Assembly (NCBI RefSeq): GCF_006345805.1
Contig: NC_043015.1
Location: 14,384,001-14,448,000, forward strand
Reading direction: 5' to 3'
DNA from: Octopus sinensis
Taxonomy: Eukaryota
DNA: 64,000 nucleotides
The notes under the pieces were generated by a model. It saw only the letters and a list, made by a program, of their open reading frames with translations, had not been told where the DNA came from and searched no databases. The number at the start of each line of letters is the position of its first letter. The stretch's first letter is position 1. A program made the position numbers and the translations under genes. Shown in pieces: positions 24,127 to 35,873 of the stretch.

Positions 24127-25200
24127 GGCGATCTTTCATTTGTAGTAGCACGTTTCCGTCGATGATTTCCGTAAAAAACTTTTATTTTTTTACATAAAGA
24201 GACTAAGAGGAAGCAATTTTATGACGTGGGAATTTCTTTTGAAGTTACCGATGCATTGATGTACATGTGTGTGTGTGTTTGATGGAGTGTGGGAGACAGA
24301 CAGTATGTTGTGTAAGTGAAGTGCTTCTGTTAGTGTGTGTGAAGAGAGAGTAATGTGTGAAAGAGAGAGATAACTGAAATTTTTTACTCGGTGTATGTGT
24401 ATATGTATGTATGCATGTATGTGTGTGTGTGTATGTATCTATGTATGTGTGTGTGTATGTATGTATGTATGGCCGATTCAGTGTAATTTTTTACTCGGTG
24501 TATGTGTATATGTATGTCTGAATGTATGTGTGTGTGTGTGTAAGTATGTGTGTATGTATATATGTATGGCCGATTCAGTGTACACTGAATTGGCCATACA
24601 TACATACATACATACATACACACACACACATACTTACACACATACATAGATACATACACACACACACATACATGCAGACATACATATACACATACACCGA
24701 GTAAAAAATTACACTGAATCGGCCATACATACATACATACACACACACATACACAATACATAGATACATACACACACACACATACATGCAGACATACATA
24801 TACACATACACCGAGTAAAAAATTACTGAATCAGCCATACATACATACATACACACACACATACATAGATACATACACACACATACATGCATACATACAT
24901 ATACACATACACCGAGTAAAAAATTTCAGTTATCTCTCTCTTTCACACACACTAACAGAAGCACTTCACTTACACAACATACTGTCTGTCTCCCACACCC
25001 AACAAACACACACACACACACATGTACACCAATGCTTCGGTAACTTCAAAAGAAATTCCCTCGTCATAAAATCGCTTCCTCTTAGTCTCTTTCGCTCTCA
25101 TTACTTCAAATGTTCCCGCAAGCCCATATGTAAAAAAATAAAAGTTTTTTACGGAAATCATCGACGGAAACGTGCTACTACAAACGAAAGATCGCCATAT
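24121..25200. repeat. Spacerless ~1.1-kb palindrome with internal ~100-bp tandem units (foldback-like element) in RABL2 intron 1
   Basis: Centre ttcagtgt|acactgaa at 24581/24582. Outer arms match (atatggcgatctttc.. vs ..gaaagatcgccatat). Units of tttttactcggtgtatg...ggccgattcagtg occur 2x on the left and 3x on the right. Confidence 0.9.
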
Positions 25201-25201
25201 G

Positions 25202-25246
<45 letters not shown>

Positions 25247-25640
25247 CACACACACACTCACATAAATATATTTGTTGGTCTGCCTGTATATATGACTACA
25301 TGAAAGTATATGTGTGGATAATAGAGAGACAGACAGATCATTTCATTTCTTATTCTGACAATAGTTCGTTAACCAAAATCTATAAAACAAACAAGTGCCA
25401 ACGTTTTCGTGCAGTAAGCACTTATTGTTTACATAACCAATTTCTAAAAAAATCATCGTCATCATTGTCATATATTATAAAATGTGCAACAGAAATTATA
25501 ATTTTATCGTATAGAATAGCAACAGAAGCAGTGAAATTATATGAAACGATAGTAAAAGTATGTATATAGTTTGACTGAAGATAACTAGTGTAGCTAAGAC
25601 TCCATTTTAGAAGCGATGTATCGCGGAGGAAAAGCTTGAT

Positions 25641-25654
25641 GTTGTCATGGAAAC
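25641..25654. promoter_or_regulatory. RFX X-box, candidate ciliary-gene enhancer in RABL2 intron 1
   Basis: GTTGTCATGGAAAC fits GTHNYY-AT-RRNAAC and lies ~200 bp from RABL2 exon 1 in a CpG-containing non-repeat patch. Confidence 0.6.
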
Positions 25655-25855
25655 AAGCACGTCGCTTTATTGATTATTAATGATACACTATACCTCTTGA
25701 TAACAAAAAGGAAAGAAAGAAGCATAACTTTTATCATAAACAATAAATATAATAATTACGTAAATAAAAATAATGCTTACATTTGCCAAAATAAATAAAT
25801 GTTAAACTTTATTACGAATAAAATTTTAAAATTAAAATATTTTAAAATTACGTAC

Positions 25856-25977
25856 TTGGATTTTCCTACTGCACTATCTCCGATACAAATTATTTTCACT
25901 TTAATTTCTTCTCCTAATTGTTTTTCATCATTTTCTCCGCTGCCGCTTTTAGACTCCACATCTTCAACATTCGCCAT
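25856..25977 (-). CDS. RABL2: RABL2 coding exon 1 (MANVED...KVKIICIGDSAVGKS), P-loop
   Basis: Kozak-like accATGg; KIICIGDSAVGKS matches RABL2 KIICLGDSAVGKS; donor gtacgt at 25855; 122 nt. Confidence 0.95.
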
Positions 25978-27032
25978 GGTCCCTCTGGCCGGCTAGTTTA
26001 GATAAACAGCGCAAAGCATGCTGGAAGCGGAAACTGAGGCTGTTTCTTTACAGTGAAACTTGCTCCGTAGAAAAAGAACTGATTGAACCCAACGAAATTT
26101 AACACGGCTATCCAATCAATCGATATAAATCAATTGGAAACATACTAGTTATAATAAAAGCTATGAATTGTGAATTGGTGACAGTATCATAGCTATCATT
26201 AATATTTAATATTTCATTCTCAACTTGGGATATAGCTTGGAATTTAATGGGATAGGGAATATGACGGCTATATCTTGTCCACAGCTTTAAGAAGCGTAAA
26301 TTATTTGAGATTAGAATTATTTCGCTCCACTTATTTTGCCACTGCTTTTGGAAAATGTTATCCATTTCATTTATATTTTGGTGTTGTTTAAAAATCAGAA
26401 TCATTTTTTGCAGTTTGATATTCAGAGAAAATATAAATTTCAAGCATGAAACTGAGTAAAATGAGATGTAATGCAAACACATATTTCTGTAAAGAAAGAG
26501 TGGTTAAGGGTTTTTTTCTAGGTTCCAAATTTATCAGCTTCTATGTATGGCAGATTGAAAACCAGACATTCAGCTCAACAGAACTTAATCACACATTTTA
26601 CAGTTGGTCTACACAATGTTTCTTGTCACTGTGTCTCTAAAAGAGGCTGAAATTCTTAAAAGACTGAGCAATTAATAATTCTTCATATTAAACAAACTCA
26701 GGTTTATAATCTCTTTCCCATTCCAACCACCAATGATTATCATGTGTAAGATTACTTTTTACACAAAACTTCAAGGAACATATAAACAAACTTACATAAA
26801 CCTTTATTATCAAATGCTCTTTCATTCAATATACTAACTGCATTGTTACCACTGAATAATGAGCTGTTTCACCAAGTTCAATTATGCATCAAAAATATTT
26901 TAACGCAACACAATAAACATCTCTGCTTTAACCCTTTAGCATTCATATTTTTCTATCAAAATTAATGTTTATTCACATTTTTTAAAATTAATTATGTTAT
27001 CTTGTAGCCTTGAGATTTTGACAAGGCAAGTG

Positions 27033-28340
27033 TTAAGATAAACCTTTGTACTTGACTTTGTTGACATGGAGAAAACCTTTGACAGGGTCCCCCCAATCCC
27101 TTATTTGGTGGTCAATGCGGAAACTAGGGATAGATGAATGGTTAGTGGGAGCTGTACAAGGATTGGCAACAAGTATAGTGAAAAATACCAGGTAGGGGTA
27201 GGGGTCCACCAAGGATCAGTCCTCAGTTCCCTCATATTCATCATAGTCTTCTATAAGCAATAACAGAGAAATTCAAGACAGGTTGCGCCTGGGAACTTCT
27301 CTGTGCTGATGACCTTGCTCTAATAATTGAGTCACTATCAGAACTAGAGAAGTTTCAAGTGTGGAAGCAAGGTCTAGAATCAAAGGGCCTTAGAGTCAAT
27401 CTAGCAAAAACCAAAGTAAGTAGGAAGGCAGATGTACTGGGAAGATAGTTTTTGTGTGTGGCAAATGTACAGGGGCAATAAACACTGAAAACATGCAGAA
27501 AACAGCTTCCGTCACATGCCAGGGAGAAAAACTAGAAGTAGTTGATAGCTTCCGCTACCTGGGGACCAAGTTAGTAGCAGGGGTAGATGCTCTGAGAGCA
27601 TAGCTGCTAGAATAAAACTAGCCTGAATAAAGTTCAGAGAGCTCCTACCTCTGCTGGTTACAAAGAGCCTCTCACTCAGCGAAAGGTAGACTGTATGGCG
27701 CATGTGTGCAAACAGCCACGCTACATGGCAGTGAAACATGGGCCGTGACTGCTGAGGTCATACGTAAGCTTGCAAGAAATGAAGCCAGTATGCTCCACTG
27801 GATGTGTAATATCAGTGAGCATACATGACAGAGTGTAAGCATCCTGAGAGAAAAGTTGCATAAGCATTAGATGTGGTGTGCAAGAGAGATGAATGCGCTG
27901 GTATGGTCATGTATTGCGTATGGATGAGGACAACTGTGTGAAAAACTATCACACCCTAACAGTCGAGGGAACCTATGGAAGAGGTAGTGAAGCATTGGGC
28001 TTCACCAAGGCAATGACAAGTGACTGGGAGATATGCTGTGCAAGCCAGGTGAGACCATAACCAGTGTTGCATAACTGGCCCATTGGGCAATAAACTATGC
28101 TTGAAAAGACCTGTCGAGTCAAGTGAAATTGTTGTTGTGTCCAATGCCACCAGCACAGGATCCAGTCAGGCAGCACTGGCAGCGATCATGCTCAAATGGT
28201 GTTTTTACCATGCTACTGATACGGGTGCCAATCAGGCAGTACTGTCATCAGCCATGACAATGATTTCTCTTGCCTCAACAGGTCTTTGCAAGTGCAGTTT
28301 ATTGCCCAATGATTGAATGGTACTCTTAAACGGGCTGGAT
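27033..28340 (+). mobile_element. Decayed RTE LINE (RT to 3' end)
   Basis: Contains VDMEKTFD, VHQGSVLS, ELLCADDLALI and LEVVDSFRYLG-type motifs across broken frames. Confidence 0.85.
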
Positions 28341-28359
28341 ATGCTGCATTGGTATAGGC

Positions 28360-29040
28360 CACAGTTATGATCTTACTTGGTTTGCCGGGTCTTCTCAAGC
28401 ACAGCATATCTCGAAAGGTCTCGGTCACTTGTCATTGCCTCGGTGAGGCCCAATGTTCGAAGATTGTGCTTCACTACCTCATCCCATAGGCCACGGTTTA
28501 TGGTCTCACTTGGTTTGCTGGGTCTTCTCAAGCACAGCATATCTCAAAAGGTCTCGGTCACTAGTCATTGCTTTGGTGAGGCCCAATGTTCGAAGGTTGT
28601 GCTACACCACCTCATTCCAGATCTTCCTGGGTCTACCTTTTCTACAGTTCCCTTGACTACTAGAGTGTGACATATTTTCACACAGCTGTCCTCATCCATT
28701 CGCAACACATAACCATACCAGCGCAGTCGTCTCTCTTGTACACCACATCTGATGCTTCTTATGTCCAACTTTTCTCTCAGAGCGCTTACACTGTCGTATA
28801 TGCACATCCAGTGGAGCATACTGGCTTCATTCCTTGCAAGCTTACACATGTCCTCAGAAGTCACAGCCCATGTTTCACTGCCATGTAGCATAGCTGTTCG
28901 CACACATGCGTCATATAGTCTACCTTTTACTCTGAGCGAGAGGCCCTTTGTCATTAGCAGAGGTAGGAGCTCACTGAACTTTGTCCAGGCTATTCTAATT
29001 CTTGCAGCTACACTTTCAGAACATTCACCCTCGATAGTGT
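28360..29040 (-). mobile_element. RTE LINE 3' fragment with a ~130-bp tandem duplication at its 3' end
   Basis: ORF 28565-29053 ECSESVAARIRIAWTKFSELLPLL...GSETW...RRLRWYG; 28368-28488 is repeated at 28500-28620. Confidence 0.85.
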
Positions 29041-29089
29041 TGGCTAAATTCAATAGATATACTCTGCCATTGGCCTATAACCTCTCTTC

Positions 29090-30975
29090 AAAGTGGAAAG
29101 GGAAAAGACCTCGTAGCTAGTTGTTGAACACACGGACAAAGGAGAAGGGTTAAATGCAAGGATTGTCTCCCTTAGACCACTATCCCTAAATGACCCGGTC
29201 AGTTTGTGGGTTCCAGGGCTTCAGTACGAATCTCCTGAAGTGTAAGATGTTCTTTGAGTTGAGGGAGTTCTTTAATATTCTTGCCTGTTCAGCTATGCAC
29301 AACTTGCAATGCTTGCTCCCGTTGATGTAGGGGTCTGGTTTTTCTAGGATCTTCCAATGAGTTTATGTGAAGAGTCCCTTAATGCTTCAGGCATCACACA
29401 TGGCTAGCGAAAGATGTGGCATATCATCTCTCCAGGATCCTAAAAGAGGATCTGTGGTTGGAGAGGCGCTGCTTGAAGGTGTTTCCAGAACATTTGATGT
29501 ATCATCTATTGCTGCTGGCGATGCTGTTTTTCTGTTAATATTGATGCTGCTACTTCCGCTGTTGCTGGTGTTATTGGTGTTGGTGTTAGTGCCATTACTG
29601 CTGGTGTAGGAGACGTCATCAGTGGTGGTGTTGATGTTTGTGCTCCTATAGCCATCATTGTTGCTGTTATCGGCACTATATTGGTGGTGGCTGTTGTTCT
29701 TCTTCTTCGAATCAGGACTCATGCCATTAGCCACAAAGAATAATCTCTAATTAGAGCCTACTCTAAGCTACTAAGAATGAGTGTGGAAACTTGAAGATCC
29801 ACCCACCACGTGCGATAGACTGATGGTTGCACAAGTGCGAAAGCTACATTGTTATCCTCATTCCGTAAATGGTGGCTTTTAACGGGTGGAGAGCTGAACC
29901 ATCCTGGGTTACAGAGGATTCTCAATCTAGACTAGGGTCTGAAAGTTTACCACATCATAGTGGGTTACACCATGGTTCCTCTGCTTTGTGACAGAAGTAG
30001 GAAGAAAGAGTGAGAGAAAGTTGTGGTGAAAGAGTACAGTGGGGTTCACCCCACCACCTCGTCGGAGCCTCATGGAACTTAGGTGTTTTTGCTCAATAAA
30101 CACTCACAGAAATCACATTCTTATGACTGCAAGTCTGCTGCCCTAACCACTGGGCCATTGTGCTTCCATGGTGGCTGTTGTTATTGATTATTGTTATCAT
30201 TATTAGCTTTATCATTAGCAATGGTGCTGCTACTGCTTCTGTTAGAGTTGCTGCCATTGCCATTCCTGCCACTGTAGTAGTAATTGGGAAAGCTGCAGAT
30301 ACCACCTCAACCCTGTAAATAACCCCCTTGGTTTCACATTGGCTTCCCACTGGGCATCTGCTGTAGTCCCTGCATGAAAATCCCACCTCTGCTGGTGGTC
30401 TTAGGATGTTAACAAAAAAAAAATACTCTTAATATTGAGGGTACAATTAAAAGAGACTCTTAGGTTATGTCTGTTGAATATGCATCTGTACCAATGTGAT
30501 TGTGTAAAATACTTATCTACTAGCCTAAGGAATATCTTATCTACATGATTTTATGTTGAGGGAGAAGGGGAGAGCAAACCAAATAAAATTTTGGCAGTGC
30601 TTCATTCTGCGGGTGTTAGGGCCCAGTATGTAGATGTGACCTCTAACCCACTAGCAGCTAGGGTTTTGTTATATTAGTGGAGGTGCTGCATTGAAAATTT
30701 CTTGGCTAGAGGAAAAGTTAGAGATTCTCTTGCTGACACCCTTCACCAGGTTTTTTTGAACACGATTAGTAGGTAAGAGGAGGTCGCATACATCAGCCCT
30801 GTCATAGGTCCCCATTGCTACATCCCTTACACTTAACCCTTTTTTGTCCGTGTGTTCAACAACTAGTCACAAGGTCTTTTCTCTCGCCACTTTGGTTATT
30901 TACCACCAGCCATTAGGGTTAGAAGAGACGCTGTAAAGCCAAACGCTTTATGTACGTGAAACCCTGGGTAACCCC
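29090..30975 (-). mobile_element. Decayed Penelope-like element with inverted terminal segments
   Basis: Minus translations CPVGSQCETKGVIYRVEV and PYINGSKHCKLCIAEQARIL (GIY-YIG halves). ~75-bp inverted repeat at 29090-29165 vs 30822-30895. Confidence 0.7.
29700..30165 (-). mobile_element. tRNA-headed SINE-like insertion with 14-bp TSD inside the PLE
   Basis: Head gcacaatggcccagtggttagggcagc; direct repeat tggtggctgttgtt flanks both sides (~29685 and ~30168). Confidence 0.6.
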
Positions 30976-31349
30976 ATAGACAGACCATAATTACTACATG
31001 TGTGTGTGCGTATCAATGTACGTGTGTCTTTGTGTTTGTCACCCACGCCCTCGCTTGACAATTGATGTTGGTTTGATTACGTTCCAGTAGCGATTCGACA
31101 AAAAGAAACCGATAGAATAAGCTTTAAAAATAAATTAAAATAAGTACTGGGTGGGTGGGGGGAGTCAACTAAACCCTTCAAGGCCGCTGCTTAATGACTG
31201 AAACAAGTAAAAGATAAAAGCATCTAAAGTTGAATAGCTATACACTTGCTTTCGAATTATCTTAGTTCTAAGGGTGGCAATTAAAAGGAAAAAAAACCTA
31301 AGATTCTGTGGTTAATCGCCAATCTTATTGTTTCAGGTCACATTACCTG

Positions 31350-31384
31350 TGACGTCAGCCGAGAATTCCACTTTCCAAGATGGC
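31350..31384 (+). promoter_or_regulatory. CRE palindrome (TGACGTCA, 31350-31357) and YY1-type motif (CAAGATGGC) overlapping the TAF9 ATG
   Basis: Exact motif matches at the start of a CpG-enriched patch; function is inferred only. Confidence 0.45.
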
Positions 31385-31497
31385 TGTTCCAAAGAGTACT
31401 CCTCGCGATGCTCAAGTAATGGCTGCTATTCTAAAAGATATGGGTGTTCAAGACTACGAACCGAGATGTATAAACCAAATGCTGGAATTTGCCTACC
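31380..31497 (+). CDS. TAF9: TAF9 coding exon 1 ([39 protein letters not shown])
   Basis: Matches the TAF9/TFIID-31 histone-fold N-terminus ([14 protein letters not shown]...YEPRVINQMLEF); donor gtatgt; 118 nt. Confidence 0.96.
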
Positions 31498-34196
31498 GTA
31501 TGTAATGTTCGATTTATTCTAAAACTTCCTTTTTATCCGTCATGCGCCTTTCGTTTTTCTCTATTCCAATCTACTGTGTTTGTTTTGGCGCCACTAGACT
31601 AACTACAGCATATATTTTATTGTGTTTTTCCTGCATAAATAATTATATTGTATTTCGAATTGTATTTGAAAATTGTTTTTTATATATATACTGCTCATAA
31701 ATTCAATAAGCTAGAGTATATCTGTTAGTAGACGTAATATTTTGCCCGGTTTGCGTGTTGTTTACAATCGAAAAGCATATTTTTTTTATTCCTGATAGAA
31801 AGACAGCTCTCATAGCATATATTTAGACTTGTTATTCTGTTAATACAGAAATGGACCTCTTATCTAGCTTTCACATATCTAGGAAAACTGTGAAAATACC
31901 GTGTAATGTATTTTACCCTGTATTGAGTAACAGACGTTGTTTTTGAAGTTTGTTAATTTGTATATACTGTGTTAAAATAGTTTTGTTCTTTTTTAATTGA
32001 GTGATAAAGATCAGACTTACTCTGCTTAAAAAGTGTATTAATTTGTACCTGTATTTGTTTAAATAAAATGTTCTTCATTTAATTTTCACCTTATAAACCT
32101 ACCTTATACATTCTACAGTATGATGTATTTAAAGAATTTTAAATGGTTTTATGAATATCAAACGTACCCTGCTTTAGAAGTGTATTTATTTGAATCTATT
32201 AAATACAATTTAGATCTTTACTTTTTATAATTTATTTTATATTTAAGTATCTATTTAGACCGTCTCCAGAAAATCGGGGGGAAAAATTAAGAAATCCCAG
32301 TCACTTCCGTCCCATGTTTGCCGTATAATTGGTCCTGTTCTGTTTTGTACGAAATAATGAAAGTGTTACTGGTATACTCTTTCACTTTCTGTATTGAATT
32401 TATCCAGGTTCAGTGCCCGAACAAAATATTTACTATTAATGGTAGTTGTCTTCACTTCCATTTTGAAAATTAATGACTCGGATCCATTTGTATTTTTTTT
32501 TTCTAATACTCTCACAATTTTTACTATTCTGTATGTTCGAAGGCTTCTCGGGATTAAAATATAGCTATTTTGATTTTTTTTTTAAATTGCGTCATCTTCT
32601 TTTGTAACGTATTTAAAATTTTTTAAAGATATTCAATATGCTTAATCATTTGTTGATGTAAATCCGATGATGGCGTGCTTCATAATACATTTTGGAAATT
32701 ATAAAAATTTACCTAATTATAAATTAACTATTGTCAGTGCTGAGCTCCTGAATTCCGATAATATATTTTACTCTCTCGTGTACATGTCAATTGGAATAAA
32801 AATTAAGCAATATATTATTATCAAGGGGGAGAGGCATTCACTCCCTCGCCGGTGTACGAAGAAAAGTAATTCTACAAATTATCTGTATACATATATATTC
32901 GTGCTTGTTAAACGATTTAATGAAGACGTTTTTCTTTTTAGGGGTTTTCTCGTGGGCTAGAATTTACAGATGTATCCATCGCACGCATCAGCAAATATTT
33001 TGTTTGCTGATATCTACCACGGCACGGCTCTATCTCTTAAAAGAGCCGGGTGATGCCTATTACTGAAGAGGCGACAATTACGCTGGAACACAGTTGTCAA
33101 GTAGTTCATTTATGTCCCTTAGAGCAAGTGTGTTATCATACAACGCGTGTGAAAAGTCCTCCTCCTATTCGATAGCTTACGAAGAGGAACTTGGGTTGGT
33201 CATAATAATTAAAAGAGGCTGCGTTTCTAAACATAAATGATCCAACAATTAATGTTTTGCATATCCATATATTATTTCAAACATTTTAACATGTGTACAA
33301 TGAATTAATTGTTTTGAAAAACATACGTGTTATCGTCTGTGGTATTTATAGGTTTATACAACAGAAGATAAGTGTTTTTAATGAATACTGTTACTTAATG
33401 GTTGTATGCATTTATATACAGAATAACACAAGTTATGATATGGAATGGTTAATGATTCAAAAAGTTTATTTCAATAAAGCATTTCGTGTGAGGTGGGTGC
33501 TGGAAAGTTCCTGACTTTAAGGGAGTGGTGAAGGGCCTTGCTGAAGGCCCAACTTTCTGAGTTTTTTTACACTGGGCTAAGAAAAACTAAAGGACCACTG
33601 CAGTAAGAATGTGAATCTCAGAAGGGAAACGTTGAATAACGTCATAATTAACTGATCCTCCTGTATTTTCTTTTACCCAAAGCCAGAGACTTGTCAGTAC
33701 TCCATTGTAATTATAAGTGGTACACACTGCGAACAGCAAGTAAAAATTGAGGGAAAATGTTAGACTTACTTTGAATAGGGTTTCACCCTGGGCACATGTG
33801 AGAATTCTTTAATAATTCATGGTGAGCACACCAAGCAGGACAAATCACTGAATCTGACCAAGATCGAGCCAGTGTCATAATTGTATGCCTTTCATTGATT
33901 ATCTGCTGATCTGTATTTTGTTGAGATTCACAATAAAATGAGGAGGGCGTCCAACCCATGCCAGCATGGAGAACGGATGTTAAAAGATGGTGATGATAAT
34001 AATATCGACTCCAGAGTTCAACTAGTACTTCTTTGATCAACCTTCTAAAGGTGAAAGGCAAAGTTGACCTTGGCAGAATTTGTCCTGCACCTAGAATTCC
34101 CATCTGTCCACTTTTTTTTTTTTTTTTTTTACCTTAAGACATTTGTCTGCAGATATTAAAGAATTTTTTAAGAATGTGTCATTGTTTTCATTTTAG

Positions 34197-34333
34197 GATA
34201 TGTTACTGATGTCCTTGACGATTCAAAAGTCTATTCTTCCCATGCAAGTAAAAAAAATATTGATGGTGATGATGTTCGTCTGGCTATCCAGTGCCGGATG
34301 GATCACACATTTACAACTCCTCCACCTCGAGAT
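34197..34333 (+). CDS. TAF9: TAF9 coding exon 2 ([46 protein letters not shown])
   Basis: Acceptor ttttag, donor gtaagt; 137 nt; conserved histone-fold core. Confidence 0.96.
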
Positions 34334-35365
34334 GTAAGTTACTTGAAACTGTTCTTTACAATATCAATTGCAGCTTTATATTTATACGGAAGATGATTTT
34401 ATTTTTATTGTTGTTGCATCTATAGGATTCCAACTATCTAATCACTGTTTATTGCATTTTTGATGGCAAGAGTGACAAGAGAATGTCTGTAACTCAGTGC
34501 AGAACAAATATCCTTTCTGTGTGTGTGTGTGTGTGTATGCAGTCATAGTCCCAAGTACTTTGGGACTTGGTTTGGAGTTTGTAGAAAGCATTTAAAAAAA
34601 AACATTGAGAGTATCAACATTAATCAGAAAATCCAGCTGTCTCTCAACACACTAAGACAGAAACTTATATATCCTCAGTAAAAATTAACATTATTTTGTC
34701 GATATTTATCTTGGCACAGTACCTCTACATATGATGCTAAAATAAACTGTTGCATAGAATAATAGGAATTATTTTGCAAGAGAGTGAGGGAGATGTTTAA
34801 TGTAACACAAACTTTATATAACTGTCATGATGGTGATGATTGGGACACATCTGTAGATGGGATGGAAGTCTTGTTTGAGATGTACCCAGCTGGACAGTAG
34901 GTGGCAGTAAATGTGAGAGAAGCCATGAAAAATATGGGGGAAAGACTGTTGGGATGGATTTTGAAAAGAGACCAAGATCATTGTGTTTAGTGGAAATTCA
35001 TTGCAGCCATATGCATCCCATAAATACAAAAGAATTAGAAAGAAAATTGTGTGTATGTGTGTAATAAGAGAAGCATGCTCCACTGGATGCAAATTGTGGA
35101 GTACAAATGAGCTGAAAGGGAAAATAGATATAGGAAGAACCAGATGTAATGTGCAAAAGAGAAAACTTTAGTTAGTATGAACATTTTGATGTGTATGGAG
35201 GATAACGGTTGCATAAAGAAATGGTGGGTGCTTAACCCTTTAATATTCAGATTGTGTCAAATGTAATGCTTATTTATTCACATTGTTTTGAATTAATCAT
35301 ACATTATCTCATAACTTTGAGATTGGATGATGTGTCTGTATATTTTTAGAATGACATTATAGTGT

Positions 35366-35557
35366 GGCGAGCTGGCAGAAACGTTAGCACTCTGGGCAAA
35401 ATGTGTAGCCGTATTTCGTCTGCCGTTACGTTCTGAGGTCAACTTTGCCTTTCATCCTTTCGGGGTCGATAAATTAAGTACAAGTTACGCACTGGGGTCG
35501 ACATCTCTCCTTGTTTGTCCCCTCTGTGTTTAGCCCCTTGTGGGTAGTAAAGAAATA
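35366..35557 (+). mobile_element. OK-like SINE inserted into a TTAA-type MITE, 10-bp TSD attatagtgt
   Basis: Same family as 5746-5978; the flanks rejoin into the 21024-21266 MITE family in reverse orientation. Confidence 0.8.
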
Positions 35558-35873
35558 ATTATAGTGTAGGTGTGAGAGGTTGGATGTGACTGGTTTGAAC
35601 ATAAAACAGGTAGAATATTTTGGCTGGATATGGTCGTTTTAATTATGGTAAAGGGTGACTGTATGAAACCTGCAGAAGAGGAAAACTGAGGAAGATATAG
35701 GACAAAGTGATGATCGTTAAACTTAAGACTATTATTTATGCAGGAAATTACAAAGAAAAATAAAGAAATGTGATGATTGGTGACACAAGCTGGAGAAGAT
35801 CTGACTACCTCTGGAAACATGGCTAAACATTACATATATGTTAGTGACAGAGGCATTATTAATACTGAGAGGT

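Noticed and set aside
24384-24892. Several ORFs of MCVCVY/HTHIY type; likewise 880-1392, 3068-3512, 6943-7359, 15497-15868, 19060-19874
   Set aside because: These are translation products of microsatellites or purine-rich low-complexity DNA.
24380-24930. Regularly repeated conserved motif with variable interiors, superficially CRISPR-like
   Set aside because: The interiors are (GT/AT) microsatellite variants rather than unique spacers, the context is eukaryotic, and there are no cas genes.
29387-29734. 115-aa N/T/S-rich ORF as a novel gene
   Set aside because: Its start lies in a SINE tail and the rest is the low-complexity insert of a Penelope endonuclease region.
31200-31379. Possible shared AK6/TAF9 5' exon arrangement as in human
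   Set aside because: No AK6-like coding exon was recognised anywhere in the window.
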